Origin: Verrucomicrobiota bacterium
GTDB taxonomy: Bacteria; Verrucomicrobiota; Verrucomicrobiia; Limisphaerales; UBA8199
Assembly (NCBI GenBank): GCA_050011195.1
Contig: JBEKJO010000004.1
Location: 10,619 to 74,618 of the forward strand
Direction: 5' to 3'
Length of the DNA: 64,000 bases
Shown here: positions 38,060-47,867 of the stretch, piece after piece
Layout: every line of letters starts with the position of its first letter
How positions within the stretch are numbered: the first letter of the stretch is position 1
Notes under the pieces: model-generated
The model's input: only the letters and a program-made list of their open reading frames with translations
What the model was told of the DNA's origin: nothing
Database searches by the model: none
Translations under genes and position numbers: made by a program

Positions 38060-38947
38060 CTAAAACACCCCCAGCGTCCCCAGCACCGCCCGGATGCGCG
38101 GCACTTCATGCGTGCGGAACAAATCCGTCTTGCCCAGCGCCGCCAGCACCGCGAAAAACGGCTCCGCGCAGCGCACTTCCTCCCCGAAATACTCGAAGGC
38201 GTGCGGCAACGCGTGGCAAATCGGGAACCCCAGCGCCCGCAGCCGGAACGTATTCAGGAAAACCGTCATTTGATGCCGCACGCGCACCGCGCTGTCCTGC
38301 AGGTTGCGGTAGTAAAAGCCCAGGCCCGGATCAATCAGAACCTTCTCCACCCCGTTGCGGGCCGCGATCTCAATCTGCCGCGCGAAGAATTCCTGCATCA
38401 ACGCAACCGGATCGGCGCTAAAATTGAAATCCCCCACCTCCCGCACGTTCCTCCCCTGCACGTAACAGATGATCACCGCCGCGTCGTGCGCCGCCACCAT
38501 GCGAAATAGTTCGTCAGTCCGGTCCGCGCCCGTGAGGTTCAGGATATTCGCCCCCGCTTCGAGGCACGCGCGCGTCACCGCCGGCTGATACGTCTCCACC
38601 GAAACCAAAATGCCCGCCCCCCGCAACGCCCGGATGACCGGCAGCAACTTGCTGTTTTGCCCCGCCTCATTCACCCGCGCCGCTTGGGCCAGCGTGGATT
38701 CCGCGCCCACGTCAATGATCTCCGCCCCCTGCTCCCGCATCACCCGCCCCCGGCGGACCGCGCTCTCCGCCGTCAGACAGACACTCTCCCGATACCACGA
38801 GTCCGCCGACAGATTGATCACCCCCATGATCGCCGGCTGCGCATTGAACGCAAAGTGTTGGCCGCCGATGGAAAACTCCTTCACGCGCGCCTTCGCCGCC
38901 TCGCGATTCTTTTCGAGCAATTCCGCCAGTTGTTCCAGTCCCAGCAT
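38060..38947 (-). CDS. Dihydropteroate synthase-like pterin-binding protein
   Basis: IMGVINLSADS, IIDVGAEST, LIDPGLGF, FRTHEV; lacks usual SRK motif. Confidence 0.8.
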   Translation of the reverse strand: MLGLEQLAELLEKNREAAKARVKEFSIGGQHFAFNAQPAIMGVINLSADSWYRESVCLTAESAVRRGRVMREQGAEIIDVGAESTLAQAARVNEAGQNSKLLPVIRALRGAGILVSVETYQPAVTRACLEAGANILNLTGADRTDELFRMVAAHDAAVIICYVQGRNVREVGDFNFSADPVALMQEFFARQIEIAARNGVEKVLIDPGLGFYYRNLQDSAVRVRHQMTVFLNTFRLRALGFPICHALPHAFEYFGEEVRCAEPFFAVLAALGKTDLFRTHEVPRIRAVLGTLGVF

Positions 38948-39178
38948 GGCCGCCAGCCTATCGCAAATCCCGGTTCAGGAAAGCCATAACTCGCCCCCCT
39001 GCCGCGCCGATTCTTCGCTCGCCGTCCGCTTTAGTCCCTCAAGTCCCTTTGGTCCCTTCACACCCTTCGCACCCTTCACCCCTCCCCGGCAAAACGAAAG
39101 CAGGCGCGCCAAAGTGAACCGTTATGCTTTCACCACTTTTTTGCCCCTCCGCCTTGATTGGCCGCATCCTCCTTGGCC

Positions 39179-40429
39179 CTACATCTCGTGTTGAATAAAG
39201 CTCGTGAAGTCGCGGTAACAAACAACACTGCCCAAGCCGGACTTTCCGCCTGGAATCTCTGCGAGAGTGACTTTCGGACATGCTTTCCTCAGCATCTTCT
39301 GAAGCTGGTCCACATGACCGTTGACCGGTGGTGAACTGTCTTTGTAGCCTGCAGGCACACTGTCGGGGTTCGCTGTTACAATCTCCAATGGCAAATTCTC
39401 ACCTGCCTTCAGCTTTTCGGCCCGCTTCTTGAAAAGGAATTGAAGTCCACCCGCCAACAGGTCGTGAGGCTGCAAACCAATGAAAGAGATTTTTTCCGCG
39501 TCTGTGATTTCCCTTCGCGCCCGCCGCCAAACAGCCGTGAACAGTTGATCATCGCCGGTTTTGCGTCTGTCCTTCCAGTATCTGAGGGGAATACTGTAAA
39601 TTTCACTTTCGCGGCGGGGAAAGTCACGTGTGAAGTTCCCATTCTCCGTGATCCTCTCCCATGGGAAAAAAATCATCGGTGGCCTCACCGCCTCTCCCTT
39701 GACCGCCTTTGGCAACTGAGACCTGTCTTCGAAGACATTGGAAAAGGTCAGGATGGAATTGATTGCGGGCGAGACGACCCTTGGATTTAAGAAATCCAAC
39801 CACGGGACGACACTTGTTCCGTGGAGTTTTAGCAAACAAAACCCGTTCCCCTTACGCAAGCGATCTGCCTTCCGGTCGCCAAACCCGCTCAATAGCGCCG
39901 TCGGGATTTTACCAGAATCCCTGCCAGCGACTTCCCGCCGGTTTTTGAACTCTCCTGAAAGAACAAATTCGAGATAAGGGTCGTAGTTGTACGTAAGGAC
40001 AGAAACGTCTTCACGGAGATTGTGGCCTTGTTCGTTGAAGAGCTTTTGAACGAATGTAACATAATCCGATTGGGTATTGGATTGACCGCCTCTGGGATCA
40101 TGCAGTGCAAAAACCAGAGATGTGAACCGTTTGAGCTGCTTAACCAAAGCGTCATAGCCTTGGTTCCTTCTCAGCGAGAAACAGAATTGATCCACAGTTT
40201 TGTAGCTTGTGCCTTGAAAAAGCTGCCCTGCTCTCGTGCCCAGAAAGGACTTGAACGCATTCACAAGTCTTTGCTTCACCTGACCCTTTGAATCGAGGTT
40301 GCCAAGTTCCTTTTCAATGTATTGCCCAAAACAAGTGTGCGAGGACAGGATTTCCCGTAAAGGTGCGGCTAGGGGATAGCCGGAGCTTTGCGATGCTCCC
40401 GCACCAAGAATGATGATGTGTTTAGCCAT
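39179..40429 (-). CDS. SIR2-like domain protein (SIR2_2 type), AT-richer
   Basis: IILGAGAS..SGYP, VLTYNYD, LLKLHG, ISFIG. Confidence 0.78.
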   Translation of the reverse strand: MAKHIIILGAGASQSSGYPLAAPLREILSSHTCFGQYIEKELGNLDSKGQVKQRLVNAFKSFLGTRAGQLFQGTSYKTVDQFCFSLRRNQGYDALVKQLKRFTSLVFALHDPRGGQSNTQSDYVTFVQKLFNEQGHNLREDVSVLTYNYDPYLEFVLSGEFKNRREVAGRDSGKIPTALLSGFGDRKADRLRKGNGFCLLKLHGTSVVPWLDFLNPRVVSPAINSILTFSNVFEDRSQLPKAVKGEAVRPPMIFFPWERITENGNFTRDFPRRESEIYSIPLRYWKDRRKTGDDQLFTAVWRRARREITDAEKISFIGLQPHDLLAGGLQFLFKKRAEKLKAGENLPLEIVTANPDSVPAGYKDSSPPVNGHVDQLQKMLRKACPKVTLAEIPGGKSGLGSVVCYRDFTSFIQHEM

Positions 40430-40476
40430 GTGCAGACTACCATGTGCAGACTAGACGGACTTGCTACAAGAGATTA

Positions 40477-41553
40477 CTACGGTCCTCGTTTTGGCCTCAA
40501 TTTGAAATATCCATCCGGGTCAACAAAGACGAAATTGTTGTTGCTCAAGAAAACTTGTGCAGTTCCGGCGTTGGTCGGCGCATCGACCAACCAGTAATAC
40601 TTTTCTGTCTCGTTCAAAACCGCCCGTTGTGCGCTTGCAAAAATCGTGAGCGCCTTGTCACAAGGATAAGCGAAGGAAAACTTGCCATCAGCATCAGTAA
40701 GCGTTTTCTCAAAGACGACCGGCAAGAAGTCTGCGAGGCAATCCTCGGCCGTTGGGGAATTTTCCAACTGCGCCTCTGCACTCACCACGCGGGATTTAGC
40801 GACTTCAAACTTGTTGGTTTCTTCTGCGTCAGCACGGCGCAAGGCATCCTTACCTTTCTCAAGCAGGAGTGCCGCTTCGGCGTCCTTTTGTTTCATTGTT
40901 TGGATGATTGCTTCTTCCTGTTCTAACAGAGCATCGGCCCTGGCAGAATTGTCGGCTCTCTTGGCCAAGTCGTATTGCGCGTCTAGTGAGTAGAATTGCC
41001 GGTTCAAAGCGGCCTCTTGCTTAAGAATAACATCTATCTGCGCGTTTATTCTAACGAAATCCGCATCTGGCGCGGGACGGCCCTTCGTCAAGAACCAGTC
41101 GAAGGCAGCTTGAGCTTTTTGGGCATCCTCTTTCGCAGTAGCCAGAGCTTGTTGCCGGGATGCTATTACCGACTCAATGGCAGGCTGCTTCTTCTGCAAA
41201 AAATCGGTGACTTGCGGCTTTTCAATCAACAGAACTTCAACCGCTCCAAGTTTAACATTGTCAGCACCGCGAGTGACGATGAAGACTTGTCCTGTCACTG
41301 TCGTTTGCCGCTCGGCGGCGGTCTTTCGGGCGAATTCCTGTCCGGCTTTTTGTTTCTGTCGCCATAAAAACAACCCCACAACGACCAGCACCGCAATTGC
41401 CAAGCCAATAAACACAATTCGCGCGCCCCGCCGTTGCGCTGGCAAAGTGAGCCGCAACTGACAATGCGGACAATCAATGGCGGCGCCCGCCGCATCAGAA
41501 GGATACTCAATTCCGCCACCACACTTCGGGCAATGGAGTTTGAAGAACTTCAC
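40477..41553 (-). CDS. Hypothetical: zinc ribbon + single TM + coiled coil inside a beta-sandwich domain
   Basis: CPKCG...CPHC, TM, VTGQVFIVT...TDADGKFSF; GTG start. Confidence 0.72.
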   Translation of the reverse strand: MKFFKLHCPKCGGGIEYPSDAAGAAIDCPHCQLRLTLPAQRRGARIVFIGLAIAVLVVVGLFLWRQKQKAGQEFARKTAAERQTTVTGQVFIVTRGADNVKLGAVEVLLIEKPQVTDFLQKKQPAIESVIASRQQALATAKEDAQKAQAAFDWFLTKGRPAPDADFVRINAQIDVILKQEAALNRQFYSLDAQYDLAKRADNSARADALLEQEEAIIQTMKQKDAEAALLLEKGKDALRRADAEETNKFEVAKSRVVSAEAQLENSPTAEDCLADFLPVVFEKTLTDADGKFSFAYPCDKALTIFASAQRAVLNETEKYYWLVDAPTNAGTAQVFLSNNNFVFVDPDGYFKLRPKRGP

Positions 41554-41665
41554 GCGGCAAGATTAATTGGTTTCTACCGGCTGGCAAGCCTCACGCATGG
41601 CCTCACATAATGCCGCAAAGCCCGCAAGTCTTTTTGCTTCGCGTCTTGGCGGCTTAGCGTGAGAC

Positions 41666-41731
41666 TCAGAGCCGGGCCTTGGCCGCCATCCCCGTGTCCA
41701 CCAGCCAGACTTCACCGTGGCGCGGGTTCAT
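41666..41731 (-). pseudogene. Truncated PemK/MazF toxin (21 codons)
   Basis: MNPRHGEVWLVDTGMAAKARL*; overlaps end of upstream antitoxin-like gene. Confidence 0.65.
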
Positions 41732-41903
41732 GGCCGTCGAGGATGTCCAGAACCTCCTGCTCCACTTCGCGTGTCGGCAACACGTCTGCCCATGCTTCCT
41801 CTTCCCGTTGGCGCGTGAGGAGCTTCAGGCAATACCAAACTTCGCGCAACACCGGCTCTGGCTGGCGCTTGATTTCCTCAAGAAGTATTTCCTGCGTGCT
41901 CAT
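41712..41903 (-). CDS. Putative antitoxin (DUF2281-like)
   Basis: MSTQEILLEEIKRQPEPVLREV..L; directly upstream of MazF remnant. Confidence 0.6.
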   Translation of the reverse strand: MSTQEILLEEIKRQPEPVLREVWYCLKLLTRQREEEAWADVLPTREVEQEVLDILDGHEPAPR

Positions 41904-42940
41904 CGGCCAAGCTTAAGAAACACCTTTCGCGGGCCAAATGCAACCTCAAAACCGGCCTTGGCCGGCTGGCACCACCCCGCCAGTTCATGGCCGCTGTGCC
42001 TGCCGCTGCGTACAGGCCAGCGCCGGCCATTGCTGACCCCCATTTCTACACCACCCGTCCGGCTCCGTGGCACGGGGCGCCTTTCCACGCCATAAAATAA
42101 ACCTGGCTAATAGTTAGCACTTTTGGACCTGCAATCGCCCCCCTGGCCAATTATACCACTTCCAACTCGAAAATGCGCTATTCCGAGGATGCGCACCCCC
42201 CGCGCTCCCCCCATATGAGGGCCGATCACGTATCACGCATCACGCATCACGTTTCCCCCGCTATTATTCACTGAGTCCTGCCTGCGGCTTCGCCCTCAGC
42301 CCAGGAAGCCAATGGGTCTAACTCTCTACTTGACAGTGTGATAGAAATAGTATAAGTACCCCCCAGCCTCGTGGAATGCTCAGACCACGGCTCCGGTGAA
42401 CGGACCTCAGAACCGTTGCCGGTAGCGTCGAACCTGACACGATTATGGGCGCAAGGGCAGAAGACACCCCTGCGCCCCTTCGTGCGGACGAGCCGAAAAC
42501 GAAAGAATTTGCGAGGAACACTGGCAATGGCATGATGTCCCTCCCATGATCCTCCCAATACCTTCCACACCGCTGCCCGCCGTAGTCTTCGTGCCAGCGG
42601 TTAAACCCGAGGTGTCAGAAGATATGGCACAAACAACTGTACCTGTGTCTATCCTATTGCTAATCAATGACTTATGCAATCAGCCGTGGGAAAATGGTGG
42701 CAAACAGGGCGTAAACGCAGGGGCAACTGGGTAATGTGTGGTGGGTCAGCGACCCTCTTTTACCCCACTGTCCACAAACAGGACACTCGGGCGCTGCCGA
42801 GTTACATTATAGCCGTTAATACACTCACAACACCAATCACCAGTTACCAATCGGCGGACAAAACGTCTTGTCCGCCGATCAGCGTCCAGGCTGGACAGAA
42901 ACCGGACGGGGTTCGGGGGAATAAGGTGTCCAGACGAAGG

Positions 42941-42969
42941 TTGACTAAGCAGGCTGGTTCGTGTAACTT
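42941..42969 (+). promoter_or_regulatory. Putative sigma70 promoter giving a leaderless antitoxin mRNA
   Basis: TTGACT-N17-TAACTT-N6-ATG. Confidence 0.6.
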
Positions 42970-42975
42970 TCGTGT

Positions 42976-43203
42976 ATGCCCAAATGCATCACAGTTGATG
43001 ACGATGTTTACAATCTCCTGTTGGCCTTAAAGCGGCCGGGGGATTCCTTCACCAAGGTCCTCAGGAGACACGTTGCCAAGCCTGCTGATACCTGTGGCGA
43101 GCTGTTGGATGCGATGGAGCAGATGCCGCCGCCCGAGGTTGACCTGGCAGTGCTGGATCGGATTGAGAGGGAACGCGGACGACGATCAGGCGGGCGTAAA
43201 TGA
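42976..43203 (+). CDS. VapB-type antitoxin
   Basis: MPKCITVDDDVYNLLLALKRPGDSFTKVLRR; ATGA overlap with PIN remnant. Confidence 0.75.
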   Translation: MPKCITVDDDVYNLLLALKRPGDSFTKVLRRHVAKPADTCGELLDAMEQMPPPEVDLAVLDRIERERGRRSGGRK

Positions 43204-43373
43204 TCGCGGACACGACTTTCCTCGTCCACCTGGTCCGGGAGCAGCGGACCGGGAGAGCAGGTTCCGCGCGGGCCTTTCTGGCCGCACACCGCCGTGAAGT
43301 CATCCGCACCTCCATCATCAGCCTGGATGCTGCCTTTGATCGGGTGCCGCGGCTGCGCCGGTTGCCTTACTAA
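43200..43373 (+). pseudogene. VapC/PIN toxin with internal in-frame deletion (57 aa)
   Basis: MIADTTFLVHL...IRTSIISL then DAAFDRVPRLRRLPY*: PIN N- and C-termini without the central part. Confidence 0.7.
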
Positions 43374-43554
43374 AACACCCGCCCATCGAGCCGGGCGCGT
43401 GAGAGCCGGTTCCAGGCGGTGAACCTCCCCAGTGGCGGCACCCCCATTCCCCATCAACTGTCAAATCTCCACCATCAACTAATTTGGCTCAACGGGCCGC
43501 TTCTGCCTTCTTCCTTCTTCCTTCTCCCTTCCCCCACTGATACCCTCGCTTCCC

Positions 43555-44652
43555 ATGACTGAACAGTCCTCCATTTTAGCGCCGTTCGCTCCGGTGGATA
43601 CACCGGCCTTGCTTTTGGATGCGGGCGCCTTGAATGCCAACATCCAGCGGATGGCGGCTTTTTTCGCCCCCCGCCCTTGCCGGCTTCGGCCCCATTTCAA
43701 GAGCCACAAATGCACTGCCATTGCCAAATTACAAATGAAAGCCGGCGCGGTGGGCATCACCTGCGCGAAACTGGGCGAAGCGGAAGTCGTCGCCGAGGCC
43801 GGCATCCGCAACATCTTGATTGCCAATCAAATCGTCGGCCCGCTCAAAATCCGCCGTCTGATTGAACTGTGCCGCCGCGCCGATCCGATGGTCGCGGTGG
43901 ATTCGGCGGACAACGTGAAGATGCTTTCGGAAATGGCCTTGGCGGCCGGCGTGAAGATTGGCGTCCTGGTCGAGGTGGATGTCGGCATGGGCCGCTGCGG
44001 CGTGGCCCCGGGACAACCCGCCCTCGATTTGGCGCGCCGGGTCGCTGCGTCAGCCGGGCTGAGGTTTGAAGGGTTGCAAGGTTATGAGGGGCACTGCGTT
44101 GACCTTCGCGATGAAACCGAGCGCGCCAGACAGACGCGCGCATCCCTAAAGCTCCTGGTGGAGACGCGCCGGCTGATCGAACGCTCCGGCCTTCAAGTCA
44201 ACCTGGTCAGCGGCGGCGGAACCGGAACTTATACCCTCACCGGAGACTGTGAAGGCGTGGACGAGGTGCAGGCCGGTTCTTATGCCGCAATGGATTGGTG
44301 GTATGGCGACATCCGGCCCGAATTCAAGCAGGCGATGAGCATTCTCGCCACCGTCATCAGCCGGCCCAAACCCGGCCTGATTGTCATTGATGTGGGCCGG
44401 AAGGGAGTCGGCGCCGAATGGGGCGCTCCTCGCGTCAAGAATCTGCCCGGGGGTCAGGTGGCCAGTTATGGCTCCGAAGAGCACATGAAAATCTCGGTGC
44501 CGCCAGATTCGGCGATTAAGATTGGCGACCGCCTCGAAATCATCCCCTCCCACGGTTGCACCACCAGCAATTTGTACTCGGAATTCATCGTCCACGAGAA
44601 TGGTTCGCTAACCGGGAAATGGCCCATCGAAGGCCGCGGGAAGCTCCAGTAA
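43555..44652 (+). CDS. DSD1/D-threonine aldolase-family PLP enzyme (alanine racemase fold)
   Basis: DTPALLLD, LRPHFKSHK, VEVDVGMGRCG, GYEGH, GGGTGT, SEEH, IPSHGC. Confidence 0.9.
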   Translation: MTEQSSILAPFAPVDTPALLLDAGALNANIQRMAAFFAPRPCRLRPHFKSHKCTAIAKLQMKAGAVGITCAKLGEAEVVAEAGIRNILIANQIVGPLKIRRLIELCRRADPMVAVDSADNVKMLSEMALAAGVKIGVLVEVDVGMGRCGVAPGQPALDLARRVAASAGLRFEGLQGYEGHCVDLRDETERARQTRASLKLLVETRRLIERSGLQVNLVSGGGTGTYTLTGDCEGVDEVQAGSYAAMDWWYGDIRPEFKQAMSILATVISRPKPGLIVIDVGRKGVGAEWGAPRVKNLPGGQVASYGSEEHMKISVPPDSAIKIGDRLEIIPSHGCTTSNLYSEFIVHENGSLTGKWPIEGRGKLQ

Positions 44653-44698
44653 GCCAATGGAAGCGCAAGCCTTGCGTGGTCTTGCAGGTTCAAGGCCC

Positions 44699-46231
44699 TC
44701 ACCGTGCCGGCAGGGCCGAAGGGGGGGGCGCCGGACGCCGGCTGGCGTCGGTCCAGCCCGCCCGCGACGCCAAGGCCAGGCTCAGGCCATCAGCGCCAGC
44801 CCGGCCCGCTGGGGCGGATTCGGCTGCCAGCTCGCGAAGATACCGCTGGTTGTCCTTCTGCCAGTCCCGGTTGATCTTCCACGCGTAGAACGACAGGCCC
44901 GCCGCCACCAGCCTGCCGGTGGCCAGCTTTTTGAGGTTCTCAGGCAGCGTATAGAGGCGGGTATGCCCGTACACCTGAGCACACTGAAGCTCGAAGGGCG
45001 TGAAACCCGCCGGCCGATAGACCACGTGATGTGTATCGTAGAGGTCCCAGTCGAAGGAGGTAATCCGCCTTTCGGCAGCCAGACGATGGTAAAGCTCCGA
45101 CCCGGGCAGCGGAGTCAGGATGAGCAACTGCACGCTGGTGAGCTTCATCTTGCGGGCGAAGCTGACCGTGGCCTCGACGGTGTCCCAGTCGTCCTCGTCA
45201 AAGCCGAACACGAACATGCCGTGGATGTGAATGCCGGCTTCCTGGACGACGCGGATGGCGTGGCGGATGTCCTCCAGGTTCTGGCTCTTCTTCATTTCGG
45301 CGAGGCTTTTGGGGTTCACCGATTCGAAGCCGATGAACACCGTATGACACCCGGCGCGTTTCATCAGACGCGCGAGGCCGGGATCGCGGGCCAGATCGGC
45401 GCGCACCTGCGTGGACCATTGGAAGCGGAATCCTTCGGCGATCATCGCCTCGAGCAGTTCCCGGGCGCGGCGCTTGTTCGCCGTGAAGTTGTCATCGCAG
45501 AAGAACACGAAGTGCTGCCGGGTGTCGAACTGCCGGAGTTCGCTCAGGATGGCCGCGACCGAGCGGTAACGGAACTTCTTTCCGAACATGCCCGTGACCG
45601 AACAGAAGGAGCAGTCGAACGGGCAGCCGCGCGAAGTCTGCACCATCACCGTCCTCTTGCCGCCGATCACGCAATCGGCCGTTCCGCCGGCCAGTGAGAA
45701 ATCCGGCGCGGGCAGCGCATCCAGGTCGGTGATCCAGGGTGCCAGGTCGTTATGCCGAATGACTCCCGCGCCATCCTTCCACGAGAGATTCGGAACCGCG
45801 GCGTGCCTGAGGTCGGTCGCTGCTACGCGGCCTCCGCTCCAGAGGTCCAGCAGGGCGTTCATCGCCCCTTCGCCTTCTCCCCGCACGACGAGGTCTCCAT
45901 GGGCCAGCGCTTCGTCGGGAAGGAAAGTGACGTGCGGTCCGCCCAAGATGACCGGTATGCCGCGCGAGCGGCATTCATCCGCCAGCGCGTACCCGCGTCG
46001 CGCGGTGGCGGTGATGGTCGAGATGCCCACCACGTCCGGCTGGCCGTGTGCAGTGATCCAGGTTTGCAGATCGAAGCGCTGCCGGCCCTCGACAAACACC
46101 CGCGCGCTCCAGCCGTCGCGGCGGTTCACCAGCCCGGCCAAAATGAAGCTCCCCAGCCGCGGCAAGGTGAACTGAGTGAAGATGTTAAGCTGCGCGCCCG
46201 CCGGCTCAATGAACAGCATGAGACGTTTCAT
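44699..46231 (-). CDS. B12-binding domain radical SAM protein
   Basis: GGPHVT, GEGE, QTSRGCPFDCSFC, DDNF, IGFES, LTPLPGS; start 46231. Confidence 0.92.
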   Translation of the reverse strand: MKRLMLFIEPAGAQLNIFTQFTLPRLGSFILAGLVNRRDGWSARVFVEGRQRFDLQTWITAHGQPDVVGISTITATARRGYALADECRSRGIPVILGGPHVTFLPDEALAHGDLVVRGEGEGAMNALLDLWSGGRVAATDLRHAAVPNLSWKDGAGVIRHNDLAPWITDLDALPAPDFSLAGGTADCVIGGKRTVMVQTSRGCPFDCSFCSVTGMFGKKFRYRSVAAILSELRQFDTRQHFVFFCDDNFTANKRRARELLEAMIAEGFRFQWSTQVRADLARDPGLARLMKRAGCHTVFIGFESVNPKSLAEMKKSQNLEDIRHAIRVVQEAGIHIHGMFVFGFDEDDWDTVEATVSFARKMKLTSVQLLILTPLPGSELYHRLAAERRITSFDWDLYDTHHVVYRPAGFTPFELQCAQVYGHTRLYTLPENLKKLATGRLVAAGLSFYAWKINRDWQKDNQRYLRELAAESAPAGRAGADGLSLALASRAGWTDASRRPAPPPSALPAR

Positions 46232-46412
46232 GAGCAAAGCCCTTTCAGTAGTCGCGCACACATCGCACGGGATATACTCCAAACCGAACTCTGAGACAAG
46301 ACGCGGCGAAGCCGCAACCAAAGGGTTAAATGAGTTAAATGGGCCACATCGGTTAAATGGGGAAAACCCATTCTGCTTGCGTTCTTCCCCCGTCCGCCGT
46401 AGAAGCCCGGTC

Positions 46413-47852
46413 GTGCGTTGCCGAACGAGAAATCCGTGGAACAAGCAGCTTGCGCGGCGATTTGGGATACGGGCTTCTGCCTGGTGCTGGCGGAGCGCAG
46501 GGTGGTTGCTTCTGTTCGCGGCCTGGGCGCAAGCCTTTGGCCAGGTCAGCGTGCTTGATTCTTCCTTCAAGGTTGGCCCGGGAGCCAACGACGCCGTTGA
46601 CGGCCTGGTTGTGCAGGCCGACCTGCGCATCCTGGTGGGGGGAGAATTCACGTCCATTGGCGGCCAATCGAATTCCTTCCTGGCCCGCCTTAACTCAGAC
46701 GGCTCCGTTGACGCGTCGTTCAACCCGGCGGGGCAAACGGATGGGGCCGTCCAATGCCTGCTGCAACAACCCGACGGGAAGGTCCTGGTCGGCGGCGGCT
46801 TCGGGCTCCTGCTGGGCCACGCCCAGCCTGCCCTGGCTCGCCTGCTGGAGGACGGCTCGGTGGATGCCTCCTTCGATGCCAGCGCCGTGTTCAACACCAA
46901 TACGTGGGTCTTTTCCTTGGCCTTGCAGGATGACGGCCAGCTTCTGGTTGGCTATCAAGGACTGGATGACCAGGTGTCCCGAGTCGTGCGGGTCAATACC
47001 AACGGCACGCCGGACCCCACGTTCATCTGCACAAACCAGATCAACAGCTATATCTTCGCCTTGTTGCCCCAGCCGGACGGCAGCGTTCTGTGCGGCGGAA
47101 ACCCTGGCGGTCTGGGCGGCAGCGCTCCCGACGCCTTGTTCCGACTGAAGCCGGATGGGGGGGTGGATGACACCTTTGACCCCGGACTGGATTTGTCCTC
47201 TGTTTTTTGTCTGGTCAGACAACCCAATGGGCAGATCCTCGTCGGCGGCCTGCTCAACCGCACGGGCGCTTCCAACAGCGTTCCGCTGCTCCGTTTGAAC
47301 GCTGATCTTCAATGGGATGAGAGTTTCAGCACCGATGCTTTTGGTGAAACCGGTCCGTCAATCTCCGCCCTGCTGCTCCAACCGGACGGCCAGATCGTCG
47401 CGGGCGGATACTTTTTCGAGGTGGGCGGCTACTGGCGCCGGCAAATTGTCCGGTTCACCCCTGCGGGTCACGTGGACGGGTGCTTCGATCCAGGACTCGG
47501 GCTGGGCGGCTTCACGCAGGCCGGCGCTGTCCAAGCCATGTCCTTGCAACCGGATGGATGCGTTCTGGTTGGGGGGGTGTTCCAGGGAGTGGACACGGCT
47601 TACGGGCAATTCAATCTGGCTCGCCTTTTGCCCCACAGCGATTGCGATTTGATACGCGTCTATCTCAAGGGCGGGTCTGACACGTTTGCGGCAGCGACCT
47701 TTCCGCCCGGCGGCACCAATTACCTGGAGGTGTCGGCCGATCTCACCAACTGGCAGACCGTCCAGACCGACACCAGCCCGTACATTTACGATAGCTGGTT
47801 TTCGATGGCCGCCGCGCCGCAGGCCTTCTTCCGGGCCAGACAAGAGCGCTGA
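46413..47852 (+). CDS. Secreted delta-60 (DUF5122) repeat beta-propeller protein with C-terminal Q-FFRAR tail
   Basis: Repeated QPDG-ILVGG-F...LARL--DGS-D-SF; start uncertain (GTG 46413). Confidence 0.85.
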   Translation: MRCRTRNPWNKQLARRFGIRASAWCWRSAGWLLLFAAWAQAFGQVSVLDSSFKVGPGANDAVDGLVVQADLRILVGGEFTSIGGQSNSFLARLNSDGSVDASFNPAGQTDGAVQCLLQQPDGKVLVGGGFGLLLGHAQPALARLLEDGSVDASFDASAVFNTNTWVFSLALQDDGQLLVGYQGLDDQVSRVVRVNTNGTPDPTFICTNQINSYIFALLPQPDGSVLCGGNPGGLGGSAPDALFRLKPDGGVDDTFDPGLDLSSVFCLVRQPNGQILVGGLLNRTGASNSVPLLRLNADLQWDESFSTDAFGETGPSISALLLQPDGQIVAGGYFFEVGGYWRRQIVRFTPAGHVDGCFDPGLGLGGFTQAGAVQAMSLQPDGCVLVGGVFQGVDTAYGQFNLARLLPHSDCDLIRVYLKGGSDTFAAATFPPGGTNYLEVSADLTNWQTVQTDTSPYIYDSWFSMAAAPQAFFRARQER

Positions 47853-47867
47853 GTTGGCGCTCAACGG

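Noticed and set aside
42268-43030. Short ORFs in the islet spacer
   Set aside because: No motifs, atypical composition, mutually overlapping; treated as non-coding.
46232-46900. 223-aa N-terminal extension of the radical SAM ORF
   Set aside because: Antisense to the delta-60 repeat gene; the recognisable protein starts at 46231.
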